From positions 1,088,001 to 1,152,000 of the forward strand of contig OZ241744.1 of the NCBI GenBank assembly GCA_965200965.1: DNA of 64,000 nt, read 5' to 3'. The notes beneath the pieces are model-generated. The model was not told the DNA's origin, made no database searches, and saw only the letters and a list, made by a program, of their open reading frames with translations. Made by a program: the position numbers and the translations under genes. Each line of letters starts with the position of its first letter. The stretch's first letter is position 1. This document shows, piece after piece, positions 50,113-60,779 of the stretch. The DNA comes from an uncultured Candidatus Binatia bacterium (GTDB lineage Bacteria > Desulfobacterota > Binatia > Bin18).

Positions 50113-53100
50113 TGAGAGACTCCCGGCAGAGGTCGCCCAGCCCCGCCTCGCTCCGGCAACGCCACGTCCACCGCCCAGCCCCCGCCCGCCCCAGCGACCT
50201 GCCCGGTGCGGAGACGCGCCAGAGGATAGGCGGGCAGCCGCACCGTCGCCAGACACTTGTCAGCAAACCGCGCCGTCTGCTGTACATGCGAAATGTCATG
50301 CCGCCACCAGTCAAAACCGAAATCCAGGACCGCAAACCCCAAGGACCGCCGCGCAGCGGCCAGCACCGCCCGGTCCCGGGGAAAGACATGCAGGAAGAAG
50401 CGCCCCCGCGTGTCCGCCCGCTGACACCCCGCTTTGACATACGTCAGGGTCCGCCCCTCCAGGTACAGGGCAAAGGCAGAGCGGGCCACCGGCGGGGCCG
50501 CCACCACCGCCCGGTATCGCGCCTCAAGCAGGTCGGTCGCACGCACGCCAGCAGCCGACCACGCCAGGGCGACGTGCCAGCGATCCACGCCCCCGGGGGT
50601 GATCAGGCGGGCTTCAAGCGTTTGGATCGCATACGGGGGCAGCGGGGGCCGGAGCAGACACGCCCCGTCAAGGTGGACCCCGTAATCGAAAAAGTCGAAA
50701 CGCAGGATCTCACGGCCTGACCTCGGCCGCCACACAGGGCGGCCGGCAGCAGCAGCGGGGTCCACGGGCACCACAGAGACCACGAAGCGCCCCCGCACAT
50801 CGGCCGGCCGGCAGGGGGCCTTCACCCAACTCAAGGTGGCCCCGTCCCGGTACAGGTCAAACGCCGAGCGGAACAGGGGCCGCCCGGCGGTGGTGGCCCG
50901 GTAGAGTTGCCGGTAACGCTCGGCGGTGGCCGCCACCACCGGGTTAAGCACGCGCTCGGTCGCAGTCACCCCAGCAGGGGTCCACTCAATGGCGACGTGC
51001 AGGCGCTCTATGTTCCCGGGGGCGACCATGTGGACTTCAAGGGCCCGGATCGCATAGGGGGGCAGCGGGTGCCGGATCAGACACGTCCCGTCAAGGGAGG
51101 CCCCGTAATCGGAGAAGTCGAAATGCAGGATCTCACGGCCTGCCCCCGGCCGCCACCCGGGGCGGCCGGCAGCGGCAGCAGGGTCCACGGGTATGACATC
51201 AACCGCAAAGCGCCCCTGCACATCGGCCGGCCGGCAGGGGGCCTTCACCCAACTCAAGGTGGCCCCCTCCCGGTACAGGTCAAACGCCGAGCGGAACAGG
51301 GGCCGCCCGGCGGTGGTGGCCCGGTAGAGTTGCCGGTAGCGCTCGGCGGTGGCCGCCACCACCGGGTTAAGCACGCGCTCGGTCGCAGTCACCCCAGCAG
51401 GGGTCCACTCAATGGCGACGTGCAGATGCTCTATGTCCCCGGGGGCGATCATGCGGACTTCAAGGGTTTGGATCGCATAGGGGGGCAGCGGGGGCCGGAG
51501 CAGACACGCCCCGTCAACGCGGACCCCGTAATCGAAAAAGTCGAAATGCAGGACCTCACGGCCTGCCCCCGGCCGCCACCAGGGGCGGCCGGCAGCAGCA
51601 GCGGGGTCCACGGGTATGACATCGACCACGAAGCGCCCCCGCATATCGGCCGGGTGACAGGGGGCCTTCACCCAGGTCAGGGTGGCCCCGTCCAGGTACA
51701 GGTCAAACGCCGAGCGGAGCAGGGGCCGCCCGGCGGTGGTGGCTTGGTAGAGTTGCCGGTAGCGCTCGGCGGTGGCCGCATCCACCACGGTCGGGTCGAT
51801 CGCGCTCACCGTGAAGATGGTGTTGTTGTAGACTTGGCGGGTGTAGACAACGGGTGCGAAGGGGAGATTACGGCTCTTGTCCCGCGGGCTGGACATGTGA
51901 AAGTCCACTTCCTCCCCTATTCCGTCAGCGAAGACAATGCGACGCCGGTCCGCCTTGGGCAGGATAGCCCAGTTCACGGAATACTCCGCTAGAGAGATGG
52001 GTGAGGCGGGATAGTGCTGGAACAGATATTCCAGCCCCTCCCGGTACGCCGTCCACCAGTAGTCCATGCTGTACTGCCCACGCAGGTACTCGGGCGTATT
52101 CCGGTCCACCAGCCGGTTGAAATAGAGGTGCTGGTAGGGATGAAGCCCCACCATTTCGATGACCACACCGGCCAGGCCAGCCACGGCCAAGCCATAGACA
52201 CCGGCCCGCAGGGCCGGCCAGCGGCACATGCCAGCCAGCCGCCGCAGACCGGCCACAGCCAGCAGACACAGCGGGGCGTAGAGGAAATACATCTGCTGCC
52301 AACCGTTGTAGACGCTGGCATTGAGGACGATGACAGCCCCAACGGGCAGGAGCACGCAGGCCACGAGCAGCCCCTCAAAGCGGGTGGTGGGGTTGCGGAG
52401 CCACTCGCCGGGGTGGGTCAGAGTCTGCCAGAGCACACCAGCCGTCCCGATGAGGCTCAGCAGCAGCACGCCCGGCGGGGTGGTGATGGCCAGCCAGGTC
52501 GGAATGTAGTGGGCCGGAATGGCCGGCCAGCGGATGAGTTCGCCTTGAAAGAGCATAGTAGGACGGTGAGAGTGCTGGGAGAGAACTGCAATCGCGTCAA
52601 GCAACTCCAAGGGATTGCCCCACAGATAGGGCGAGACCGCATACAGCGTCAAGACACTGGCCAGCCCGAACACCCCCAGCGTCCTCCCCACCTGCCGCCG
52701 CTCCGCCCGATTTCCCGCCCGCACCCAATCCACTACCCGCATCACCATCACCGCCACAAACAATCCCCCGCCCATGATGCGTAAGTTCGTTGCGACCCCC
52801 ACCCCCACCCCACACAGCGCATACGCCCCCACCCCCCCCCGCTGCCACGCCCGATGAATCAGGGCCAGACAGCCCAGGAAGGCCACCAGGAAGGGGATGT
52901 CCTTGGTGTTGAAAAACGAGTGGGCATACAGCCGGGGATGGAGGACGAAGAGGCCGAGGGCCAGCAGGGCCAGCCAGCGGCTGCCGAACAGCCGGGCGGC
53001 CAGCCAGGCCGCGCCCCCGCCGCCGGCCAGAAAGCAGAGGTGGGTGAGCAGATGGCGGCTCAAGTAGATGGCACGGCTGTCGGTGAGACCCAGCAGCCGC

Positions 53101-53387
53101 TCAACCAGCACCAGCGGCACTTCGAAGACAACGCCGTAGTAGCGGTCGTGGGGGGCACCGGGGGAGCGCAGGGTCTCGGTGTCGCCCAGCGCATAGGCGA
53201 TTGCCGCCTGGCCGATCCCACGTTGCTGATCCCCGTCCAACCCCACCGCGTAATCGTCAAGAACGGCCACGCCCACCACGGCCAGCACCGCCAGGGCCAG
53301 CAGGACACTGTGGCGGGCCACGAAAGCCACCGCTGCCGTGCCCCAGCCGGCCACGGACCGGGGAACGGAGGGACGCCCGCTGGTCAT
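50109..53387 (-). CDS. Array unit 5: GT-C-like glycosyltransferase, 1092 aa, 4 C-terminal domains
   Basis: Same scaffold as the other units. The ATG at 53387 overlaps the upstream stop. Confidence 0.82.
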   Translation of the reverse strand: MTSGRPSVPRSVAGWGTAAVAFVARHSVLLALAVLAVVGVAVLDDYAVGLDGDQQRGIGQAAIAYALGDTETLRSPGAPHDRYYGVVFEVPLVLVERLLGLTDSRAIYLSRHLLTHLCFLAGGGGAAWLAARLFGSRWLALLALGLFVLHPRLYAHSFFNTKDIPFLVAFLGCLALIHRAWQRGGVGAYALCGVGVGVATNLRIMGGGLFVAVMVMRVVDWVRAGNRAERRQVGRTLGVFGLASVLTLYAVSPYLWGNPLELLDAIAVLSQHSHRPTMLFQGELIRWPAIPAHYIPTWLAITTPPGVLLLSLIGTAGVLWQTLTHPGEWLRNPTTRFEGLLVACVLLPVGAVIVLNASVYNGWQQMYFLYAPLCLLAVAGLRRLAGMCRWPALRAGVYGLAVAGLAGVVIEMVGLHPYQHLYFNRLVDRNTPEYLRGQYSMDYWWTAYREGLEYLFQHYPASPISLAEYSVNWAILPKADRRRIVFADGIGEEVDFHMSSPRDKSRNLPFAPVVYTRQVYNNTIFTVSAIDPTVVDAATAERYRQLYQATTAGRPLLRSAFDLYLDGATLTWVKAPCHPADMRGRFVVDVIPVDPAAAAGRPWWRPGAGREVLHFDFFDYGVRVDGACLLRPPLPPYAIQTLEVRMIAPGDIEHLHVAIEWTPAGVTATERVLNPVVAATAERYRQLYRATTAGRPLFRSAFDLYREGATLSWVKAPCRPADVQGRFAVDVIPVDPAAAAGRPGWRPGAGREILHFDFSDYGASLDGTCLIRHPLPPYAIRALEVHMVAPGNIERLHVAIEWTPAGVTATERVLNPVVAATAERYRQLYRATTAGRPLFRSAFDLYRDGATLSWVKAPCRPADVRGRFVVSVVPVDPAAAAGRPVWRPRSGREILRFDFFDYGVHLDGACLLRPPLPPYAIQTLEARLITPGGVDRWHVALAWSAAGVRATDLLEARYRAVVAAPPVARSAFALYLEGRTLTYVKAGCQRADTRGRFFLHVFPRDRAVLAAARRSLGFAVLDFGFDWWRHDISHVQQTARFADKCLATVRLPAYPLARLRTGQVAGAGGGWAVDVALPERGGAGRPLPGVSQ
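50901..51746. repeat. Two 423-bp (141-aa) in-frame domain repeats in unit 5
   Basis: The ERYRQLY-encoding anchor recurs at 50901, 51324 and 51747. Confidence 0.9.
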
Positions 53388-55870
53388 TGAGGGACTCCCG
53401 GCAGGGGCCGCCCCGCCCCGCCTCGCTCCGGCAACGCCACGTCCACCGCCCAGCCCCCGCCCGCCCCAGCGACCTGCCCGGTGCGCAGCCGCGCCAGAGG
53501 ATAGGAGGGCAGCCGCACCGTCGCCAGACACTTGTCAGCAAACCGCGCCGTCTGCTGCACATGTGGCAGGCGGTGCCGCCGCCGGTGGAAGCTGAAATCC
53601 AGGACCGCAAACCCGGCTGGCCGCCGCGCAGCGGCCAGCACCCCCCGCTCCCGGGGAAAGACATGCAGGAAGAAGCGCCCCCGCGTGTCCGCCCGCTGAC
53701 ACCCCGCTTTGACATACGTCAGGGTCCGCCCCTCCAGGTACAGGGCAAAGGCGGAGCGGGCCACCGGCGGGACCGCCACCACCGCCCGGTATCGCGCCTC
53801 AAGCAGGTCGGTGGCGCGCACGCCAGCAGCCGACCACGCCAGGGCAACGTGCCAGCGATCCACGCCCCCAGGGGCGATCAGGCGGGCTTCAAGGGCGTGG
53901 ATCGCATAGGAGGGCAGTGTCCGCCGGATCAGACACGCCCCGTCAACGCGGACCCCGTAATCGGGAAAGATGAAGGTCAGGACCTTAACGCCTGGCATCC
54001 GACGCCACGCGAGGCGGTCGGCAGCGGCAGCGGGATCCACGGGCACGACAGAGACCACGAAACGCCCCCGCACATCGACCGGACGGCAGGGGGCCTTCAC
54101 CCAGGTCAGGGTGCTCCCGTCCAGGTACAGGTCGAACGCCGAGCGAAGGAGGGGCGGCCCGGCGGTGGTGGCCCAGTAGAACTGCCGGTAGCGCTCGGCG
54201 GTGGCCGCGTCCACCAGGGCCGGGTCGATCGCGCTCACCGTGAGGATGGTGTTGTTGTAGACTTGGCGGGTGTAGACAACGGGTGCGAAGGGGAGATCAA
54301 AGCCGTCTCTCCACCCACTGAACACACGATCGGCTACATAAAAGTCCCCCTCCTCCTCCACTCCGTCGGCGAAGACAATGCGACGCCGGGCTGCCTTGGG
54401 AAGGATACCCCAGTTCCGTATGTAATGGCCACTAGGCTGGCCGTTGCCGGTGGGGTTGCCCAACACCAGGGAGACGGGTGAGGCGGGATAGCGCTGGAGC
54501 AGATATTCCAGCCCCTCCCGGTACGCCGTCCCCCAATACTCCATGTCATACTGCCCACGCAGATACTCGGGCGTGTGCCGGTCCACCAACCGGTTGAAAT
54601 AGAGGTGCTGGTAGGGATGAAGCCCAACCATTTCGATGACCACGCCAGCCAGGCCAGCCACAGCCAAGCCATAGACACCGGCCCGCAGGGCTGGCCAGCG
54701 GCATACGCCAGCCAGCCGCCGCAGACCAGCCACGGCCAGCAGACACAGCGGGGCGTAGAGGAAATACATCTGCCGCCAGTTGTTATAGACGTTGGCATTG
54801 AGGACGATGACGGCCCCAACGGGCAGGAGCACGCAGGCCACGAGCAGGCCCTCAAAGCGGGTGGTGGGGTTGCGAAGCAACTCGCCGGGGTGGGTCAGAG
54901 TCCGCCAGAGCACGCCAGCCGCCCCGATGAGGCTCAGCAGCAGCACGCCCGGCGGGGTGGTGATGGCCAGCCAGGTCGGAATGTAGTGGGCCGGAATGGC
55001 CGGCCAGCGGATTGCCTCGCCTTGGAAAAGCGTAACAACCCGGAAAGGATGCTGGGAGAAAACCGTAAACGTTTCGACCACCTCCAGGGGATTACCCCAC
55101 AGATGGGGCGAGACCGCATACAGCGTCAAGACACCGGCCAGCCCGAACACCCCCAGCGTCCTCCCCACCTGCCGCCGCTCCGCCCGACTCCCCGCCCACC
55201 CCCAATCCACTACCCGCATCACCACCACCGCCACAAACAATCCCCCGCCCATGATGCGTAAGTTCGTTGCGACCCCCACCCCCACCCCACACAGCGCATA
55301 CGCCCCCACCCCCCCCCGCTGCCACGCCCGGTGAATCAGGGCCAGACAGCCCAGGAAGGCCACCAGGAAGGGGATGTCCTTGGTGTTGAAAAACGAGTGG
55401 GCATACAGCCGGGGATGGAGCACGAAGAGGCCGAGGGCCAGCAGGGCCAGCCAGCGGCTGCCGAACAACCGGGAGGCCAGCCAGGCCGCCCCCCCGCCGC
55501 CGGCCAGAAAGCAGAGGTGGGTGAGCAGATGGCGGCTCAAGTAGATGGCACGGCTGTCGGTGAGACCCAGCAGCCGCTCAATCAGCACCAGCGGCACTTC
55601 GAAGACGACACCGTAGTGGCGGTCATGGGGAGGGAGACCGGGGGGCGCGTGCAGGGTCTCGGTGTCGCCCAGCGCATAGGTGATTGCCGCCTGGGCAATT
55701 CGGCGCAGGGCTTGCTCGTCCACCCCCACCCCGTAATCGTCAAGAACGGCCAGGCCCACCACGGCCAGCACCGCCAGGGCCAGCAGGACACTGTGGCGGG
55801 CCACGAAAGCCACCGCCGCCGTGCCCCAGCCGGCCACGGACCGGGGAACGGAGGGACGCCCGCTGCTCAT
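53384..55870 (-). CDS. Array unit 4: GT-C-like glycosyltransferase, 828 aa, 2 C-terminal domains
   Basis: Same scaffold; ATGA overlap. Confidence 0.82.
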   Translation of the reverse strand: MSSGRPSVPRSVAGWGTAAVAFVARHSVLLALAVLAVVGLAVLDDYGVGVDEQALRRIAQAAITYALGDTETLHAPPGLPPHDRHYGVVFEVPLVLIERLLGLTDSRAIYLSRHLLTHLCFLAGGGGAAWLASRLFGSRWLALLALGLFVLHPRLYAHSFFNTKDIPFLVAFLGCLALIHRAWQRGGVGAYALCGVGVGVATNLRIMGGGLFVAVVVMRVVDWGWAGSRAERRQVGRTLGVFGLAGVLTLYAVSPHLWGNPLEVVETFTVFSQHPFRVVTLFQGEAIRWPAIPAHYIPTWLAITTPPGVLLLSLIGAAGVLWRTLTHPGELLRNPTTRFEGLLVACVLLPVGAVIVLNANVYNNWRQMYFLYAPLCLLAVAGLRRLAGVCRWPALRAGVYGLAVAGLAGVVIEMVGLHPYQHLYFNRLVDRHTPEYLRGQYDMEYWGTAYREGLEYLLQRYPASPVSLVLGNPTGNGQPSGHYIRNWGILPKAARRRIVFADGVEEEGDFYVADRVFSGWRDGFDLPFAPVVYTRQVYNNTILTVSAIDPALVDAATAERYRQFYWATTAGPPLLRSAFDLYLDGSTLTWVKAPCRPVDVRGRFVVSVVPVDPAAAADRLAWRRMPGVKVLTFIFPDYGVRVDGACLIRRTLPSYAIHALEARLIAPGGVDRWHVALAWSAAGVRATDLLEARYRAVVAVPPVARSAFALYLEGRTLTYVKAGCQRADTRGRFFLHVFPRERGVLAAARRPAGFAVLDFSFHRRRHRLPHVQQTARFADKCLATVRLPSYPLARLRTGQVAGAGGGWAVDVALPERGGAGRPLPGVPQ

Positions 55871-58311
55871 TGAGAGACTCCCGGCAGGGGCCGCCCAGCC
55901 CCGCCTCGCTCCGGCAACGCCACGTCCACCGCCCAGCCCCCGCCCGCCCCAGCGACCTGCCCGGTGCGCAGCCGTGCCAGAGGATAGGCGGGCAGTTGTA
56001 CCGTCGCCAGACACTTGTCAGCAAACCGCGCCGCCTGCTGTACATGCGGCATGGCGTGCCGCCACCAGTCGTCAAAACTGAAATCCAGGACCGCAAACCC
56101 CAAGGACCGCCGCGCAGCGGCCAGCACCCCCCGGTCCCGGGGAAAGACATGCAGGAAGAAGCGCCCCCGCGTGTCCGCCCGCTGACACCCCGCTTTGACA
56201 TACGTCAGGGTCCGCCCCTCCAGGTACAGGGCAAAGGCAGAGCGGGCCACCGGCGGGACCGCCACCACCGCCCGGTATCGCGCCTCAAGCAGGTCGGTCG
56301 TGCGCACGCCAGCAGCCGACCACGCCAGGGCAACGTGCCAGCGATCCACGCCCCCGGGGGTGATCAGGCGGGCTTCAAGCGTTTGGATCGCATACGGGGG
56401 CAGCGGATGCCGGATCAGACACGCCCCGTCAAGGTGGACCCCGTAATCGGAAAAGCGGAAGGGCAGGATCTCACGGCCTGGCCCCGGCCGCCACCGGGGG
56501 CGGCCGGCAGCAGCAGCAGGGTCCACGGGCACCACATAGACCGTGAAGCGCCCCCACACATCGGCCAAGCGACAGGGGGCCTTCACCCAACTCAAGGTGG
56601 CCCCGTCCCGGTACAGGTCAAACGCCGAACGGAGCAGGGGCCGCCCGGCGGTGGTGGCCCGGTAGAGTTGCCGGTAGCGCTCGACGGTGGCCGGGTCGCT
56701 CGCGCGCACTACGAGGATGGTGTTGTTATAGACTTGGCGGGTGTAGACAATGGGTGCGAAGGGGCGATCATAGTGTGCTCCCCACCCTCTGAACCCACTA
56801 CTGTCCAGAGAAAAGTCCCCCTCCTCCACTCCGTCGGCAAGGATGATACGACGCCGGTCCGCCTTGGGCAGGATAGCCCGGTTCATGATGTACGGAGGGA
56901 TGCGGTCCGGCACTAGAGAGATGGGTGAGGCGGGCTGGCGCTGGAGCAGATATTCCAGCCCCTCCAGGTACGCCGTCTCCCAGGAGTCCATCTGGTACTG
57001 CCCACGCAGGTACTCGGGCGTACTCCGGTCCACCAGCCGGTTGAAATAGAGGTGCTGGTGGGGATGAAGCCCAACCATTTCGATGACCACACCGGCCAGG
57101 CCAGCCACGGCCAGGCCATGGACACCGGCCCGCAGGGCCGGCCAGCGGCACACGCCAGCCAGCCGCCGCAGACCAGCCACGGCCAGCAGACACAGCGGGG
57201 CGTAGAGGAAATACATGTGCCGCCAGCCATTGTAGACATTGGCATTCAGGACGATGACAGCCCCAACGGGCAGGAGCACGCAGGCTACGAGCAGCCCCTC
57301 AAAGCGGGTGGTGGGGTTGCGAAGCAACTCGCCGGGGTGGGTCAGAGTCTGCCAGAGCACGCCAGCCGCCCCGATGAGGCTCAGCAGCAGTACGCCCGGC
57401 GGGGTGGTGATGGCCAACCAGGTCGGAATGTAGTGGGCCGGAATGGCCGGCCAGCGGATTGCCTCGCCTTGAAAGAGCGTAGGAGGACGGCTAGGGTGCT
57501 GGGAGAGAATTGCAATCGCGTCAAGCAACTCCAAGGGATTGCCCCACAGATAGGGCGAGACCGCATACAGCGTCAAGACACCGGCCAGCCCGAACACCCC
57601 CAGCGTCCTCCCCACCTGCCGCCGTTCCGCCCGACTCCCCGCCCGCACCCAATCCACCACCCGCATCACCACCACCGCCACAAACAATCCCCCACCCATG
57701 ATGCGTAAGTTCGTTGCGACCCCCACCCCCACCCCACACAGCGCATACGCTCCCACCCCCCCCCGCTGCCACGCCCGATGAATCAGCCCCAGACAGCCCA
57801 GGAAGGCCACCAGGAAGGGAATGTCCTTGGCGTTGAAAAACGAGTGGGCATACAGCCGGGGATGGAGGACGAAGAGGCCGAGGGCCAGCAGGGCCAGCCA
57901 GCGGCTGCCGAACAGCCGGGAGGCCAGCCAGGCCGCGCCCCCGCCGCCGGCCAGAAAGCACAGGTGGGTGAGCAGATGGCGGCTCAAGTGGATGGCGCGG
58001 CTGTCGGTGAGACCCAGCAGCCGCTCAACCAGCACCAGCGGCACTTCGAAGACAACGCCGTAGTAGCGGTTGTGGGGGGGACCGGGGGGGCGCAGGGTCT
58101 CGGTCTCGCCCAGCGCATAGGCGATTGCCGCTTGGCCGCGCCCGCGTTGCAGCTCCTCGTCCACCCCCACTCCGTAATCGTCAAGGACGGCCAAGCCCAC
58201 CACGGCCAGCACCGCCAGGGCCAGCAGGACACTGTGGCGGGCCACGAAAGCCACCGCCGCCGTGCCCCAGCCGGCCACGGACCAGGGGACAGAGGGACGC
58301 CCGCTGCTCAT
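55867..58311 (-). CDS. Array unit 3: GT-C-like glycosyltransferase, 814 aa, 2 C-terminal domains
   Basis: Same scaffold; ATGA overlap. Confidence 0.82.
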   Translation of the reverse strand: MSSGRPSVPWSVAGWGTAAVAFVARHSVLLALAVLAVVGLAVLDDYGVGVDEELQRGRGQAAIAYALGETETLRPPGPPHNRYYGVVFEVPLVLVERLLGLTDSRAIHLSRHLLTHLCFLAGGGGAAWLASRLFGSRWLALLALGLFVLHPRLYAHSFFNAKDIPFLVAFLGCLGLIHRAWQRGGVGAYALCGVGVGVATNLRIMGGGLFVAVVVMRVVDWVRAGSRAERRQVGRTLGVFGLAGVLTLYAVSPYLWGNPLELLDAIAILSQHPSRPPTLFQGEAIRWPAIPAHYIPTWLAITTPPGVLLLSLIGAAGVLWQTLTHPGELLRNPTTRFEGLLVACVLLPVGAVIVLNANVYNGWRHMYFLYAPLCLLAVAGLRRLAGVCRWPALRAGVHGLAVAGLAGVVIEMVGLHPHQHLYFNRLVDRSTPEYLRGQYQMDSWETAYLEGLEYLLQRQPASPISLVPDRIPPYIMNRAILPKADRRRIILADGVEEGDFSLDSSGFRGWGAHYDRPFAPIVYTRQVYNNTILVVRASDPATVERYRQLYRATTAGRPLLRSAFDLYRDGATLSWVKAPCRLADVWGRFTVYVVPVDPAAAAGRPRWRPGPGREILPFRFSDYGVHLDGACLIRHPLPPYAIQTLEARLITPGGVDRWHVALAWSAAGVRTTDLLEARYRAVVAVPPVARSAFALYLEGRTLTYVKAGCQRADTRGRFFLHVFPRDRGVLAAARRSLGFAVLDFSFDDWWRHAMPHVQQAARFADKCLATVQLPAYPLARLRTGQVAGAGGGWAVDVALPERGGAGRPLPGVSQ

Positions 58312-60779
58312 TGAGGGACCCCCGGCAGGGGTCGCCCAGCCCCGCCTCGCTCCGGCAACGCCACGTCCACCGCCCAGCCCCCGCCCGCCCCAGCGACCTG
58401 CCCGGTGCGCAGCCGTGCCAGAGGATAGGCGGGCAGTTGTACCGTCGCCAGACACTTGTCAGCAAACCGCGCCGCCTGCTGTACATGCGGCATGGCGTGC
58501 CGCCACCAGTCGTCAAAACTGAAATCCAGGACCACAAACCCCAAGGACCGCCGCGCAGCGGCCAGCACCGCCCGGTCCCGGGGGAAGACCTCCAGGAAGA
58601 AGAGCCCTTGCGTGTCCGCCCGCTGACACCCCGCTTTGACATACGTCAGGGTCCGCCCCTCCAGGTACAGGGCAAAGGCAGAGCGGGCCACCGGCGGGGC
58701 CGCCACCACCGCCCGGTACCGCGCCTGAAGCAGGTCGGTGGCGCGCACGCCAGCAGCCGACCACGCCAGGGCGACGTGCCAGCGATCCACACCCCCGGGG
58801 GTGATCAGGCGGGCTTCAAGGGTTTGGATCGCATAGGGGGGCAGCGGGGGCCGGAGCAGACACGTCCCGTCAAGGCGGCCTCCATAATCGGAAAAGCCGA
58901 AATGCAGAATCTCACGGCTTGGCCCCGGCCGCCACCCGGGGCGGCCAGCAGCGGCAGCGGGGTCCACGGGCACGACATAGACCACGAAGCGCCCCCGCAC
59001 ATCGGCCGGCCGGCAGGGGGCCTTCACCCAGGTCAGGGTGCTCCCCTCCAGGTACAGGTCAAACGCCGAGCGGAGCAGGGGCGGCCTGTCTGTTGTGGTC
59101 CGGTAGAGCTGTTGGTAGCGCTCGGCGGTGGCCTCATCCACCAAGGCCGGGTCACTCGCACTCACCGTGAGGATGGTGTTGTTGTAGACTTGGCGGGTGT
59201 AGACAATGGGCATGAAGGGGCGATCATAACGCTCTCTCCACCCTCTGAACGCACGACTGTTCAGAGAAAAGTCCCCCTCCTCCTCCTCCACTCCGTCGGC
59301 AAAGATGATGCGACGCCGGTCCGCCTTGGGCAGGATAGCCCGGTTCATGGTGTACGGATGACCATTGGGATGGTCCGGCACTAGAGAGATAGGTAAGGCG
59401 GGATAGTGCTGGAGCAGATATTCCAGCCCCTCCCGGTACACCGTCCGCCAGTAGTCCATGCCGTACTGCCCACGCAGATACTCGGGCGTATTCCGGTCCA
59501 CCAGCCGGTTGAAATAGAGGTGCTGGTAGGGATGAAGCCCAACCATTTCGATGACCACACCGGCCAGGCCAGCCACGGCCAAGCCATGGACACCGGCCCG
59601 CAGGGCCGGCCAGCGGCACATGCCAGCCAGCCGCCGCAGACCAGCCACGGCCAGCAGACACAGCGGGGCGTAGAGGAAATACATGTGCCGCCAGCCATTG
59701 TAGACATTGGCATTCAGGACGATGACGGCCCCAACGGGCAGGAGCACGCAGGCCACGAGCAGGCCCTCAAAGCGGGTGGTGGGGTTGCGGAGCAACTCGC
59801 CGGGGTGGGTCAGAGTCTGCCAGAGCACACCAGCCGTCCCGATGAGGCTCAGCAGCAGCACGCCCGGCGGGGTGGTGATGGCCAGCCAGGTCGGAATGTA
59901 GTGCGCCGGAATGGCCGGCCAGCGGATTGCCTCGCCTTGAAAGAGCATAATGGGATGGTGAGAGTGCTGGGAGAGAACTGCAATCGCGTCAAGCAACTCC
60001 AAGGGATTGCCCCACAGATAGGGCGAGACCGCATACAGCGTCAAGACACTGGCCAGCCCGAACACCCCCAGCGTCCTCCCCACCTGCCGCCGTTCCACCC
60101 GATTTCCCGCCCGCACCCAATCCACCACCCGCATCACCACCACCAGCACAAACAATCCCCCGCCCATGATGCGTAAGTTCGTTGCGACCCCCACCCCCAC
60201 CCCACACAGCGCATACGCCCCCACCCCCCCCCGCTGCCACGCCCGGTGAATCAGGGCCAGACAGCCCAGGAAGGCGACCAGGAAGGGGATGTCCTTGGCG
60301 TTGAAAAACGAGTGGGCATACAGCCGGGGATGGAGCACGAAGAGGCCGAGGGCCAGCAGGGCCAGCCAGCAGCTGCCGAACAGCCGGAAGGCCAGCCAGG
60401 CCGCCCCCCCGCCGCCAGCCAGAAAGCACAGGTGGGTGAGCAGATGGCGGCTCAAGTAGATGGCGCGGCTGTCGGTGAGACCCAGCAGCCGCTCAACCAG
60501 CACCAGCGGCAATTCGAAGACAACGCCGTAGTAGCGGTTGTGGGGGGGACCGGGGGGGCGCAGGGTCTCGGTGTTGCCCAGCGCATAGGCGATTACCGCC
60601 TGGCCGCGCCCGCGTTGCTGATCCTCGTCCCACGCCACCCCGTAATCGTCAAGGACGGCCACGCCCACCACGGCCAGCACCGCCAGGGCCAGCAGGACAC
60701 TGTGAGCGGCCACGAAAGCCACCGCCGCCGTGCCCCAGCCGGCCACGGACCGGGGAACGGAGGAACGCCCGCTGCTCAT
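58308..60779 (-). CDS. Array unit 2: GT-C-like glycosyltransferase, 823 aa, 2 C-terminal domains
   Basis: Same scaffold; ATGA overlap. Confidence 0.82.
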   Translation of the reverse strand: MSSGRSSVPRSVAGWGTAAVAFVAAHSVLLALAVLAVVGVAVLDDYGVAWDEDQQRGRGQAVIAYALGNTETLRPPGPPHNRYYGVVFELPLVLVERLLGLTDSRAIYLSRHLLTHLCFLAGGGGAAWLAFRLFGSCWLALLALGLFVLHPRLYAHSFFNAKDIPFLVAFLGCLALIHRAWQRGGVGAYALCGVGVGVATNLRIMGGGLFVLVVVMRVVDWVRAGNRVERRQVGRTLGVFGLASVLTLYAVSPYLWGNPLELLDAIAVLSQHSHHPIMLFQGEAIRWPAIPAHYIPTWLAITTPPGVLLLSLIGTAGVLWQTLTHPGELLRNPTTRFEGLLVACVLLPVGAVIVLNANVYNGWRHMYFLYAPLCLLAVAGLRRLAGMCRWPALRAGVHGLAVAGLAGVVIEMVGLHPYQHLYFNRLVDRNTPEYLRGQYGMDYWRTVYREGLEYLLQHYPALPISLVPDHPNGHPYTMNRAILPKADRRRIIFADGVEEEEGDFSLNSRAFRGWRERYDRPFMPIVYTRQVYNNTILTVSASDPALVDEATAERYQQLYRTTTDRPPLLRSAFDLYLEGSTLTWVKAPCRPADVRGRFVVYVVPVDPAAAAGRPGWRPGPSREILHFGFSDYGGRLDGTCLLRPPLPPYAIQTLEARLITPGGVDRWHVALAWSAAGVRATDLLQARYRAVVAAPPVARSAFALYLEGRTLTYVKAGCQRADTQGLFFLEVFPRDRAVLAAARRSLGFVVLDFSFDDWWRHAMPHVQQAARFADKCLATVQLPAYPLARLRTGQVAGAGGGWAVDVALPERGGAGRPLPGVPQ

